DNA from: Eledone cirrhosa
Lineage: Eukaryota
Length of the DNA stretch: 64,000 nt
Assembly (NCBI GenBank): GCA_964016885.1
Contig: OZ024754.1
Location: 42,222,001-42,286,000, forward strand
Reading direction: 5' to 3'
The first letter of the stretch is position 1. Each line of letters starts with the position of its first letter. The position numbers and the translations under genes are program-made. This document shows, one piece after another, positions 1 to 13,174 of the stretch. Below the pieces are notes generated by a model. That model saw nothing but the letters and a program-made list of their open reading frames with translations. It made no database searches and was not told the origin of the DNA.

Positions 1-2437
1 TCTGTAAGATTTCACACTAAAAGTTTTTAAAAAATCAATAACAAAAAAGGAGTAAGTCCATAAATAAATTATAAATACCTCCCAAATTTTGGAAGGCATC
101 TTTAACCCTTTTGACACCAACTCACCTCATAGATTCAATATTATGTGAGATGATTATGTAAGATGAAAATACAGTAGTAAATATAGAGTAAATGATAAAG
201 GGTTATGGGTAAAATACAGCTGTTTAGAGGAAGTAAAAAGACAAATTTAAGATGGGCGGTGCTCATCATAATTTTCTGGGTGTTACATGGATGTGGGCAG
301 CAGAGAATATAATCTGTTGGCATCAGCTTAGGGAGGCCTTCACCTTGCAGTGGATAGATAATGGTTGAAAATTGTGGTGATACGCATTACCATGTGGTGT
401 CTATTTTGTATTTTTGGTGAAATTCAAAACCATTTAAAATGTTTAACTTCTTACTAACCTCTACAATCTGGAGAAAAACATTACTACTGCTACTATTTAT
501 GATGTCTTTGTGCTGCAATATAAGATTTAGTTCTTTCTCGGCTTCTTTATTCTTTGCTAATTGTGGCTTTGTAGTTTATTTTACAATCTTAAATAAAAGA
601 AACTTAAACTGTCCATTTTGTTTTCTTTATCAAATCGTGTCTCTCTGTTTAGATAGATATTATTTTGGAGAAATAAAATGAGGTATGTTTTATGTATGAT
701 AGAAAAAACCCAACATATCTCTGTAAAGATGTAGGAGTCATAAATTGGAGCATATTTCCATTAACTTGAAGTGGAAAGTAGATGAGGAGCCTCTTTTAAG
801 GATGTTGCCAATATATTGCAGACAATAGTCTCTGAAGCTCTGCATTGTATGCTCTTAACCAAAGTATTCTGTGATACATAGACTCAAGTGTCTTTCCTTA
901 AAACCGCCAACAGTTCATAGGATTTCTCTTCCTGTAATTCAAAACTATTCAAATATTTTATCTCCTCAAATAGTTTTACATTGATTTGTTGTTGTTTTTT
1001 TTTCTAAGATAATCCTAGGTATGATAACCTTTGAAAATTAGATCCAGAGGTTGACATACCATACAGGCATGGTGGGCCACTGGGGTGGATAATAAATATA
1101 ACAGCTGAAAAATATATTAATGAACAATGGTAAATCTCTATAAAACATCTCTGGTTTGTGTTTTGTGTGCCTCAGATTCACTCTGTTAGCTTATTATGGT
1201 ACAGAATCTATTTCAGTTTCGTCCAGGCAACTAATCTTTCCGCGCGCGCGCACACACGCACAGACAGTTTATTCAGAACCATTCCTGGCTTGGTTTCTAC
1301 AACTGGATGCCCTTCTAACCACATTTAGAGTACAATGTAAGTTAGAAATAAAGGAGTGAAAAGAAATAAAACAGCATTGGAGACTTTTACCTTATATTTT
1401 ACAATATTTTGGTGTTAAACCCCCCTTTTCAAAAGAACTATAAAATGGAATGTAATGATGGTGGTGAGCTGAAATCTGAGGTTGGAGGAGGGGTGGTAAC
1501 ATGAGCCAATCAACTTAATGCAATTCATGTTTGCTGTTAAGAAAAGACCTTAATCTATTGATGAGAATTGTCAATAATGTACTGTTATTGATTATATTGA
1601 ATATAATCCATCATTTTGAAGGTTGACCTTGTACTTGTTTAGATGAGATTGTGTATACACTGTGTATGTGTGTATTTGTGTCCATGTATACACTGCGTCT
1701 GTGTGTATTTGTGTCCATGTATACACTGTGTGTGTGTGTGTATACATTGTGTGTGTTTTTGTGTGTATACACTGTATGTGTATATTGTGTGTGTGTGAAA
1801 GGCAGAGAAGGAAAGGAAAAGTTGTTTTCCATAAACATCTGCCTATTTGATTGAAAGTCTTTCCAAAATTTCAGACAAAAACTCAAATATGGCCATGATT
1901 TTTGAATGACTATAAAAGAAAAAAATATTTCTTTTGTAATCCTTCCCTGTAACTATCCAGAAATGGAATTAAAACAAGATTACATTTTCATAACAATTTA
2001 AAATGTAGCATGTCATCAAAAGTAGGTTTTCAATAGTACATAGCTTGTTTGGGTTTTTTTTTCCCCTTTTCCCTTTTTTTATTTAAAAAAATGTCTAATG
2101 TAGTTTTGCTAAATATCTACAAATCTCACATTTTATAGGAAGTGTTAAGATAATATTTCTTCAATTTTTTTCTTCTTTTTTTTCACCATTTGATTTTCCT
2201 AAACAATTTTTCTTTGAACCATGAAACAGAAATGAAATGAAATGAAATATAATTGCATTTTAAACCCATTAAAAAAATATATTCTAATTAGAATTATTTA
2301 CAAAAATAATAATAATTCAATGGCAGTGCTCCAGCATGACCATAGCCTGTTGCAAGTTAGAAATGAAGGAGTGAAAACGAATGTAAAGAAAGACAAACTA
2401 CCAGTTTACATTTTAACTTTATATTTCATATTTTCGG

Positions 2438-2645
2438 TTAACCACATTACTCTATATTTACTATTGTATTTTTGCAGTAAAGGGTTTACCACACATAATT
2501 AATTTGCATAATATTGAATCTATGAGATTTTGATGTTATTTATTTTTTGAACAATATCTTAACATCAGTATGAGTGGCTGGTTTGAATAGAAAGAGGTGA
2601 GAGAATTCTGGCCAGATATGGCCGGTTTAAATGCTAAAGGGTTAA
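2438..2645 (+). mobile_element. piggyBac-type MITE family A (~220 bp), left end degenerate
   Basis: Ends in aatgctaaagggTTAA; internal sequence (cataatatcgaatctatgagattttgat...agaattctggcc) shared with about 10 other copies in the window. Confidence 0.75.
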
Positions 2646-2792
2646 GACACCTTTTTCAAAAGGTCAATAAAATGAAGTGTCATGGTGGGGGTTAGTTGGA
2701 CCCCTTTCCCTGCTGAGCTCATTGATTTTAAGTAAACTCAAGTTTTATTTTATTTGAATTTACAATAGTACGTTACTGGTAATTTCTCCATC

Positions 2793-3240
2793 TTAACCCT
2801 TTAGCATTTAAATCGGCCATGCCCGGTCAGAATTCTCTCACCTCTTTCTTTTTAACCCTTTAGCATTCACATTACTCTATATATACTATTATATTTTCAT
2901 GGTAAAGGCTTTACCTCACATAATTATCTCACACAATATCGAATCTATGAGATTTTGAAAGTATTTATTTTGAGAATACCTTAACATCAGTTTGAGCGAC
3001 CAGTTTCAGCCAGTTTCAACAGAAAGAGGTAGAGAATTCTGGCTGGTTTTGGCCGGTTTCAACATTAAAGGGTTAAACAAGCTGTAACTGGCCACTTACT
3101 GATGTTAAGGTATTGTTCTCAAAATGAATAATATCAAAATCTAATAGATTCAATATTATGTGAGATAATTATGTAAAATAGAGCCTTTACTGCAAAAATA
3201 TAATAGTATATATAGAGTAATGTAAATGCTAAAGGGCTAA
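2793..3240. mobile_element. Cluster of piggyBac-type MITE A copies: partial 2793-2850, full 2852-3076, inverted partial 3077-3240
   Basis: TTAA-CCCTTTAGCATT ... AATGYTAAAGGG-TTAA termini; TTAA target site plus CCC/GGG ends is the piggyBac signature. Confidence 0.8.
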
Positions 3241-3744
3241 GGTGAAAGATAACGGTTTAAACTTGCATATCTTCACCTGTGTAGACATAGGTAGGGCAAA
3301 GATGTTCACTCCACAGTGGTGAAGGTAGTAGTGAGAGTATGGTGGTGGTGGCGTAAGGGGTGGTGTGGGTGTTTTTTTATGTTTGTTGAATTTAAACAAA
3401 AAATCTTGGTAATAATGAGAAATAATTTATTGAAATGTGGTTACTTATTGAGTTTTTAAAAGCTACAATTTCCTCTTTTGTAAATTATAATTTTCGCTTT
3501 TAAATGGCTTCAGAAAAATCAATACAGCTTTCTGAAAATGTATTCCATATCTTTGAAAAATAATCTTTGTCGTTGAAAAATAACATGTCTGGTGTTATCA
3601 ACACTGACTTTATTGTTTGTCTATCATCATCATCATCATCTCCATAGTCCATACTGAGAGGAGTTCAATGGGTCATCTCTGTCATGGCCTAGACTTACCT
3701 GAGAACCACGTTCATATGTTTCCACTGTGTCTCATCATTTCCTG

Positions 3745-4025
3745 TCCATATTCCACCCTGGCATGGGTTTGACAGGTTGTCACAGTTTGGGACTGGACTG
3801 GACTGGACTGATCAGAGAACCATATTATGGCAACATTCCACCCTGGCATGGGTTTGACAGGTTGTGACCGTCTGAGACTGGACTGGTCAGAAAAGCGTGT
3901 TGTGGCCATATTCTGTGTTAGCATGGGTTTGACAGGTTGTCACAGTTTGAGACTGGACGGGACTGGACTGGTCAGAGAACCATGTTATGGCAACATTCCA
4001 CTCTGGCATGGGTTTGACAGGTTAT
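3745..4025 (-). repeat. Tandem ~88-bp repeat (4 copies of the tail motif) derived from an RTE/SINE 3' tail
   Basis: Repeated gcatgggtttgacaggtt, the reverse complement of the acctgtccaacccatgc tail seen at 17552-17568. Confidence 0.7.
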
Positions 4026-4189
4026 TTATAACCTATGAATAAAATATTTAAAATGTCATTGATTTTTAATACTTTGTGGATGTTTCTAATTAAGCCATGA
4101 AATTTTCATGAGGTCAATATAATGGTCAAATTGTTTATGATGCCAGTTTGTTGATCTCAACCAACTTTTGACACATATTAATCAGTTTC

Positions 4190-4395
4190 ACACCAAACCA
4201 TCTAAAAAGACCCTGGTTCTATGATACCAAACCACTTTAAACTGCCCCTGGTTCTATGATACCAAACTACATAAAAAGACCATGGTTCTATGATACCAAA
4301 CCACCTTAAACTGCCCCTGGTTCTATGATACCAAACCACATAAAAGACTCTGGTTCTAGGACACCAAACCACCTTAAACTGCCCCTGGTTCTACA
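4190..4395. repeat. ~38-bp minisatellite from the left end of piggyBac-type MITE family B
   Basis: Repeated ccctggttctatgataccaaacca; the same motifs occur in the element at 31599-32013. Confidence 0.65.
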
Positions 4396-5339
4396 TCTCT
4401 TTCTCACACCCTATCTCTCACTTTCTATCCTTCTCTGGAAGAAATCTGCTGTATTCAGACCTGGATAGAGTTGAGCTTCACCAGGCTTAAAATGCCCAAG
4501 AAATACCATATGCCTCTCCTACATCTCCATCAGGAGTTACAGAACCATACCATATATTATTAGTGATATGGTAATAAAACAGTTAAGGTAGAACTTCTCA
4601 ATAAAACACCTATGAAAAGAAGCCAGTTTATCATTCATTAAACAGTGTTATAGTATCAGAAATCTTACCTGAGTTTTTTACCTGTGTTTTAAGGTGGAGT
4701 AAGTGATATGCAGAGTTAATATACTTAACAACTGTCAAAAATGAGAGCTAAACTAAAGTTGTTTGGCAAGATTTTTTTAATAGAAATATTTTCTTTTCTC
4801 GGTGTATATTGTTAGCTGAAATTGTTTTTCAAGTCCCAGTTGGGCTCTGAATAATGTGTTAGGTTACTCTACCTTACATAAACTCTAAATAGCATGATAT
4901 TATCAAAGAAGCTCTATATACCTGCTTACATAGGTAACATTTCTTTTACAACACTAAATACTGTAATTATTCACAACCTTATTTCCTTATTACTTAACAG
5001 TTCATGCAGCAAACTTTAGTTTTTCTTCTCCAATGCATTCCTAAATATATATATATGTGTGTGTCTGTGTGTGTGTGTACGCGTGTATATATTTATATAT
5101 ATATTTGTGTGTGTGAATGCATGTGTGTGTACAGTTGGAACAAAAAGCTGTATGTGGTAACACAATTAAATATTGTAGATATTTCTGCATGACTGAAGCA
5201 GCACAGTTAGAGCAGGTAACAGACATATCATCTTGTTTGGTGGTCATTAAACTGGAACTGGACATTGTGTGGTTTTAACTTGATTACAGAAGCTATCGAC
5301 AGTCCAGCCCACCATCACTATATATATAATGACCTGTAG

Positions 5340-5714
5340 TATCTATTTCATACTATTATCCTTATTTAAAAATTTATCTGACCAAGAATGCCTTTTGTGA
5401 AAATCAGTCATGTGGAACTATTGTCATCTTGCCTCATGGTTTGAACCCTACATAACCACCTGCCTCTTTGAGGTAAAATACCAACCTACTACCATCTATG
5501 AGAATCAAGACTATTCCTGCTGACAACATCAAAATATTTCTAACAAGCTCATATGTCCCAAGGCTCTGATACCATCAACACTATACACACAGAGCTGTCA
5601 TATCTAAGAACTGACTAACTGCCTGATGAGGTCATAGCCATTCAATGGCTATCATCGAAATATATATAGCAGTAAATAAAGGATTATGAGTTCATGCAAT
5701 TGACTTATGTTTCG

Positions 5715-5720
<6 letters not shown>
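5340..5720 (+). mobile_element. Penelope-like element 3' remnant
   Basis: Degenerate LPHGLN-stop (5429-5455) resembling a GIY-YIG C-terminus, then a hammerhead motif and AATAAA (5675-5680), ending at (TA)n. Confidence 0.5.
5618..5673 (+). ncRNA. Type I hammerhead ribozyme (minimal, palindromic stem III)
   Basis: Stem I ACTGC/GCAGT; core CTGATGA 5623-5629; long stem II GGT.ATAGCCAT-tca-ATGGCTAT.ATC; GAAA 5657-5660; stem III ATATATAT; AUA cleavage triplet ending at 5668. Confidence 0.8.
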
Positions 5721-5772
<52 letters not shown>

Positions 5773-5775
<3 letters not shown>

Positions 5776-5963
5776 GAATGAACCACTGCTCAGTGGACGG
5801 CCCCGTCCCTTCTCAATCGAGTGCAAGCAGGGAAAAGGAGACGTAAAATGATGATGATATATATATCATCATCATCATCATCATTTTACGTCCGCTTTTC
5901 CCTGCTTGCAAGGGTGGGACGGGTCTTATTCAGCACAGCATCTCTCCACTTGTCACGGTCCTT

Positions 5964-5968
<5 letters not shown>
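5773..5968. mobile_element. Two SINE/RTE 3' tails arranged tail-to-tail inside (TA)n
   Basis: tgcaagcagggaaaaggagacgtaaaatgatgatga followed by its near reverse complement tcatcattttacgtccgcttttccctgcttgca. Confidence 0.7.
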
Positions 5969-6024
<56 letters not shown>

Positions 6025-6849
6025 AGAAAAAATATAATCAGTGTTGCGACGAAAGGAATTTATTGGACATATTACAATTGTTTCTCAGGAGACCAGCTCG
6101 AGGATCGATCGAACCTGACTCTGGAATCGCGCGGCCCTCGGATACGTCTCGATTCTACAAAGCAGATTTTCCTATTGTCCTTTAACATCGAATTCCTTCG
6201 TTTGTTAATTTAGATCCTGTTGTTGTCATATATATATATATATGTATGTATGTATATGTATGTGTGTGTGTGTGTGTGTATACACTAGGTTTTGTTTCAA
6301 CACACTGACATGTCTGTGTTTATGTGTGTGTGTGTGTGCATAAGCATACATTTATATGTATGAGTATATAAATATAAAAGTGGAAACACAGACACGCTGA
6401 CAAAAATACACACATGCATTCGCACACACACGCACACTCATTCACACACACACGCACACTCATTCACACAAAGACGCACATGCATTCACACAAACACACA
6501 CATACATTCACACACGCACACACACACACATACATTCACATACACGCAGTTAGTTGCCGTGTGTGGCCCTCAGGGGACCCTCAGTTTGGTATGCCTGATC
6601 TACATGATAAATACTCCTACTAAACACTGTATGGTGGTGAGATGAAGTGTATCCTGCCATAGAAGACCTGCCAAACAAAGGATTGGCTATTTCAGTTGTG
6701 TCAAAGACATAACAACCTCCCTAATGCAAGTGTGACTATGCACTTGGTAGAGTGCAGGAATGCATGTGAGATGCACCCCCCCTCCAGCCCATCTGTGAGG
6801 TCAGTAGTCCCACTTAAGTACTAACTCAGTACTTAACACAATATATACA

Positions 6850-7890
6850 TATCTATATAATATAAAATATACATCTATACTATATATTATATCTATACAA
6901 TACATCTATACTATATATTATATCTATACTATATGTTATATCTATACAATACATCTATACTATATGTTATATCTATACAATACATCTATACTATATATTA
7001 TATCTATATAATACATCTATACTATATATTATATCTATACTATATATTATATCTATATAATACATCTATACTATATATTATATCTATATACATCCTTTAA
7101 AACCTCCATGCTTCCTAAAATTCGGCACCTGAAATCCCCCCTCCATACACACACACACACATGTATATCATGACTCATACATACACTGTTCATTTTCATG
7201 ACATTTGTATATTATTCTATGTACTATACATGCACCTTTGACAAGTTGTAGTGCACCTGAGCACTGTACACAATAATTTCATTATTTTTTTTAATAAAAT
7301 ATATATACATTACATCTATACTATATATAATATATATATATACATTACATCTATACTATATATAATATATATCTATAAATTACATCTATACTATATATAA
7401 TATATATCTATACATTACATCTATACTATATATATTATCATCATCATCGTTTAACATCCACCTTCCACGCTAGCATGGGTTTGGACGGGAATTGTCCCAC
7501 TTGAGGCAAGATTGGTCGTCTTGCTCGTATAGGACTATCTGGCAGATGTTCTACGGCTGGATGCCCTTCCTAACACCAACCACGATTACAGTGTGGACTG
7601 GGAGGTTTTTACCGTGTTACCTACACGGCCACATTACAGCGTGGACTGTGTGATTTTTTGTCGTGACACCTACACGCCCTCATTTGTTTCGGACTGGATG
7701 TTGTGGTACCAACATAACTTTACATCGAAAGGGGCGGTGTGGATGGGGTGGGGGTAGTGGGACAGGTGTGTATTTTTGTTAAGAGGTGCCTACTGACTGT
7801 AGGCATATATAATATATATCTATACATTACATCTATACTATATATAATATATATCTATACATTACATCTATACTATATATAATATAGATC
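6850..7890. repeat. AT-rich minisatellite (tacatctatactatatattatatc) in three blocks, interrupted by insertions
   Basis: Direct tandem copies at 6850-7090, 7300-7435 and 7805-7890. Confidence 0.8.
7437..7805 (-). mobile_element. SINE with RTE-like (GAT)n tail inserted in the minisatellite
   Basis: catcatcatcgtttaacatcc...gcatgggtttggacggg tail and ctggatgcccttcctaacacc body shared with 13834-14172. Confidence 0.7.
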
Positions 7891-8197
7891 TACAGTTATT
7901 GTAATGAGATGTCTTAATCTTGAAATCTCTGCAATGTTTTATTGTTTTTCAAACATTCGAGAAGGAATTGAGGAAATGTTTTACTTATTTTCAATTGATG
8001 TCAATAATTGAATTTCTTTCCTTCGTTTCATTTGTTCCAACCTGATCTCATTTATTCACAAATCTATTTTTATTGGTTGCCTCTGACTTCTTATATTTTA
8101 ATATTACATTAAAGAATATATATATCTATTCAACATCAGTAACATGATTTATATTTGATAATTGGGATCAAATAAATAAAAAAAAACAAACTGAAGT

Positions 8198-8300
8198 TGG
8201 TTGGCTTAGTGGTTAAGGTGTTGCACTCACAATCATAAGGTCATCGGTTCAATTCCTGAACTATTTACTGCATTGTGTTCTTGAACAAGTCGCTTCATTT
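8198..8300 (+). mobile_element. tRNA-derived SINE head fragment
   Basis: A box TGGCTTAGTGG, B box GGTTCAATTCC, then CORE-like gtgttcttgaacaagtcgcttcatttc. Confidence 0.7.
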
Positions 8301-8809
8301 CAGATTATTTTTCATGATAGTACTGGAGCCCCCTATCGTTAACCCTTTAGCATTTAAACCAGCCATATCTTTCTCCTCCCCCAAAATTGCTGGCCTTGTG
8401 CCTAAAGTAGAAACTATTATTATGATTTAGTTATTATTAATAATTTTTGTCTCTGTTTCTCTCTTTTTATCGTAGAACCAGGGGTTGTTTCAGGTCCCTA
8501 AACCTAAAATGGAAGATATTAAGATGTCTTCCAACACATCTAGGGAGACCGTAGCTCTGATTAAGTTCTGACTTGGTCTGTAATGACCTATCCAACCCAT
8601 GTTCTAGTGAGACTGTAATAACCTGCCCAACCCATGTTCTAATGAGACTGTAATAACCTGTCCAACCCATGCCATTATAGGAATGATATCAAAACCATAT
8701 CAAATGATAAACAAAAAAAATCTATAAATTTCAAAGTTGATATTTTTAGACAATGTTCCTAATGTTTTATTTTGGTGAACAGAGTTGAGAAATGTTAGGG
8801 GAGATCAAC

Positions 8810-9105
8810 CAGTTAACACACACATGCACATAAACACACACTGACACACACACATGCACATAAACACACACATGCACATAAACACACACATGCACATAAA
8901 CACACACATGCACATAAACACACACAGACACTGACACACACACATACACACACACATGCACATAAACACACACAGACACTGACACACACACATACACACA
9001 CACATGCACATAAACACACACAGACACTGACACACACACATACACACACACATGCACTGACACACACACACATGCACATAAACACACACAGACACTGACA
9101 CACAC

Positions 9106-9136
<31 letters not shown>

Positions 9137-9365
9137 GACTCTGACACACACACATACATAAACACATAAACACACACAGACACTGACACACAGACAGAGA
9201 CACTGACACACATACACGCATACACATATATACACATACTCACACACACACACAAGTGTATGTATATATATATATGTGTATGTGTATGTGTGTATGTGTA
9301 TATATATGTGCGTATGTGTATATAGTTATATATCTGTGTATATATATATGTGTGTGTGTGTGTTT
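8810..9365. repeat. Compound (CA)n/(TG)n microsatellite
   Basis: Seen directly. Confidence 0.95.
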
Positions 9366-9689
9366 AAAAATGTTAACTTTGATGATTTCTATAGATTTCT
9401 TGTCAGTGTTATTTATCTGTTGAAAGAAAGGCAGAGCTAATTGTTATGGCTCTGTTCATCCACGGACCATTCACTGTTAAGTTACCATACCAACTAATAT
9501 TTTCCCTGCTTGCAAGTTCAACTGATCCATTGCTTGCTCAGATCCCAATGTCTACAAAAGGAAAATAATCAATACCGTCTGATTTCTTGTTTCCAATCTT
9601 CCTTCGAGGAAACATCATCAGCATCATCATCATTTGTGTGATTGGTCCTTCTTCTTAACAATTCTCTTTCTTCCCTGGTCCTCATTCTT

Positions 9690-11190
9690 CTCTGGCCAGT
9701 AATAACAAGTCTCTCTCTCTCTCTCTCTCCTGGTCTTTCTTCTTCTCTGGCCAGTATTAACAAGTCTCCCTCCTCTGGCCAGTATTGACAAGTCTCTCCC
9801 CTCTGGCCAGTATTGACAAGTCTCTCCCCTCTGGCCAGTATTAACAAGTCTCTCCCCTCTGGCCAGTATTGACAAGTCTCTCCCCTCTGGCCAGTATTGA
9901 CAAGTCTCTCCCCTCTGGCCAGTATTGACAAGTCTCTCTCCTCTGGCCAGTATTGACAAGTCTCTCCCCTCTGGCCAGTATTAACAAGTCTCTCCCCTCT
10001 GGCCAGTATTGACAAGTCTCTCCCCTCTGGCCAGTATTGACAAGTCTCTCTCCTCTGGCCAGTATTAACAAGTCTCTCCCCTCTGGCCAGTATTAACAAG
10101 TCTCTCCCCTCTGGCCAGTATTGACAAGTCTCTCCCCTCTGGCCAGTATTGACAAGTCTCTCCCCTCTGGCCAGTATTAACAAGTCTCTCCCCTCTGGCC
10201 AGTATTGACAAGTCTCTCCCCTCTGGTCAGTATTGACAAGTCTCTCCCCTCTGGTCAGTATTAACAAGTCTCTCCCCTCTGGTCAGTATTGACAAGTCTC
10301 TCCCCTCTGGCCAGTATTAACAAGTCTCTCCCCTCTGGTCAGTATTAACAAGTCTCTCCCCTCTGGTCAGTATTGACAAGTCTCTCTCCCCTGGTCAGTA
10401 TTGACAAGTCTCTCCCCTCTGGCCAGTATTAACAAGTCTCTCCCCTCTGGCCAGTATTAACAAGTCTCTCCCCTGGCCAGTATTAACAAGTCTCTCCCCT
10501 GGCCAGTATTGACAAGTCTCTCCCCTCTGGTCAGTATTAACAAGTCTCTCCCCTCTGGCCAGTATTAACAAGTCTCTCCCCTGGCCAGTATTAACAAGTC
10601 TCTCCCCTCTGGCCAGTATTGACAAGTCTCTCCCCTCTGGTCAGTATTAACAAGTCTCTCCCCTCTGGCCAGTATTAACAAGTCTCTCCCCTCTGGCCAG
10701 TATTAACAAGTCTCTCCCCTCTGGCCAGTATTGACAAGTCTCTCCCCTGGCCAGTATTGACAAGTCTCTCCCCTCTGGTCAGTATTAACAAGTCTCTCCC
10801 CTCTGGCCAGTATTGACAAGTCTCTCCCCTCTGGTCAGTATTAACAAGTCTCTCCCCTCTGGCCAGTATTAACAAGTCTCTCCCCTCTGGCCAGTATTAA
10901 CAAGTCTCTCCCCTCTGGCCAGTATTAACAAGTCTCTCCCCTGGCCAGTATTAACAAGTCTCTCCCCTCTGGCCAGTATTGACAAGTCTCTCCCCTCTGG
11001 TCAGTATTAACAAGTCTCTCCCCTCTGGCCAGTATTAACAAGTCTCTCCCCTCTGGTCAGTATTGACAAGTCTCTCTCCCTCTGGCCAGTATTGACAAGT
11101 CTCTCCCCTGGCCAGTATTGACAAGTCTCTCCCCTCTGGTCAGTATTAACAAGTCTCTCCCCTCTGGCCAGTATTGACAAGTCTCTCCCC
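9690..11190. repeat. 28-bp minisatellite (ctggccagtattracaagtctctcccct), about 50 copies
   Basis: Tandem copies with 26/28/30-bp variants that frameshift the overlapping ORFs; adjoins an RTE-like 3' fragment at ~9495-9690 (-). Confidence 0.95.
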
Positions 11191-11587
11191 ATTCCATCAT
11201 GGCATTAATCCTCTTCAACAAAGTCATTTTCCTCTAGCACCATATTTCTCCACTATTCACCTATTCAGAGATTCTTGCATGCGTTAGTTACTCTTTGATT
11301 CCACTAGCAATACATTCTATTGGGATTTCTTAGCAATGATTGATTTCATGTTTCATAGACAGGCCTTTCTTAACAAACTAATAAATAAATATTGATTAAT
11401 CGTTTTGGTTGTGTTTAAAAGTTTATTTGTTGTTACTAAGGTGAGGAAGGTTGAAGAAGTTACCCCTAACTCTACAATGCCAGACTGTTTATATTTAGTT
11501 TTATCATTCTAAGGAAAAAGTTCAAATCTTGCTTCTCTCAACTTTGCCTTTCCTTTTTATGTCAATAAATGAAATATTAGCTACATA

Positions 11588-11825
11588 GTGAAGTTAGTTA
11601 GTCCAACTATAGGGGCTTTACTGTAGAAGACTGGAGAAAACCTTGGTAATAGGGGCGATATACTGAAGTTAGTCCAACTATAGGGGCTTTACTGTAGAAG
11701 ACTGGAGAAAACCTTGGTAATAAGGGGATATACTGAAGTTAGTCCAACTATAGGGTCTTTACTGTGGAAGACTGGAGAAAACCTTGGTAATAGGGGGGAT
11801 ATACTGAAGTTAGTTAGTCCAACCA
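11588..11825. repeat. ~70-bp tandem repeat, 3 copies
   Basis: tgaagttagtccaactataggggctttactgtagaagactggagaaaaccttggtaataggg repeated. Confidence 0.9.
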
Positions 11826-12211
11826 AAAGGCCAATAAAAAATCAAAACAAAATGCTGACTTGACTGAAATGTGTCCTACTATAAAATCCATGATAAATCA
11901 TGGATTCCTTCCACCAAGAACTAATTCTCTGTGGCAGTCAATAATACTTCACTTTGCTCATATGATTTAATATAAATCATTTTCTTTATTAAATTATTCT
12001 TTTTCATTATTTTATTTCTGTTGATTTAATCTGTCCTTAAGATATTTTAGTCCAGCAATCATACAAGACATATTGGTACCATCAGAGCTGAGTAGAATTT
12101 AGTTACAGAATCTAGTTTACTGAACTTCATTTCATTTTGAAGCCAAATGTATTGAGAGATGCCACTTCTTGACAGCAACCAATTATTGACAGGAAGTTAG
12201 CTGTCATTGTT

Positions 12212-12545
12212 AGTTACATCTAGTATTACTGGTACTGGTGTTGGTTACATCTAGTATTACTGGTACTGGTGTTGGTTGTTATATAGTATTACTGGTACTG
12301 GTGTTGGTTACATCTAGTATTACTGGTACTGGTGTTGGTTACATCTAGTATTACTGGTACTGGTGTTGGTTACATCTAGTATTACTGGTACTGGTGTTGG
12401 TTACATCTAGTATTACTGGTACTGGTGTTGGTTACATCTAGTATTACTGGTACTGGTGTTGGTTGTTATATAGTATTACTGGTACTGGTGTTGGTTACAT
12501 CTAGTATTACTGGTACTGGTGTTGGTTACATCTAGTATTACTGTT
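12212..12545. repeat. 31-bp minisatellite (ttacatctagtattactggtactggtgttgg)
   Basis: About 10 tandem copies. Confidence 0.9.
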
Positions 12546-13174
12546 GGTGGTGGTGGTGGTGGTGCTGCTACTGTTGGTGGTGGTGGTTGCATGGTAGTAT
12601 TGGAACTACTACTGCTACTGTTGTTTATATAGTAGTGTTTGTAATGGTGGTGCTAATATTGCTGCTGTTGTTGTTGTTGCTGTGGTCAGTTTTATTTATT
12701 AGGAGATCCCATTAATTCCATATCATGGGGTGGGGGGGGGGGTACTTAGTTATGTCTTAGTATCTAATTAATACCAATAGCAATAACTGTGATATTGGTA
12801 AAGATATGAATTTCATATTTATGAAGCTCGGGATTGTAGGAATATGGAAAGATGGTGGTTCATTGAGTGAAGTAATTAGAAGCAGGACTTGATATGATGA
12901 TCATCACCATCATCACCATTATCACCACCACCATCATCACCATCATCACCATTATCACCACCACCATCATCACCATCATTATCACTATCACCATCACCAT
13001 TATCATCATCATCACTATCATCATCACCATCATCTTATGTCCATTTTTATGTGTTTCTTCATTCAGGCTTCAGTTGAATTGGACAGATGTTTTTTTAGAA
13101 AGAATTCTATGGCCAAGTGATGTTCCTGATGCCAAACTCTTGGAGGAATCCTATCACCTAGTGATGTATTAGCC

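Noticed and set aside
8198-8275. tRNA gene
   Set aside because: A and B boxes run into SINE body sequence with no complete cloverleaf; also true for heads near 14170, 38220, 52050 and 55630
9569-11192. ORFs with ILARGERLVNTGQRGETCQYWPEG repeats
   Set aside because: 28-bp unit cycles through frames and contains stops
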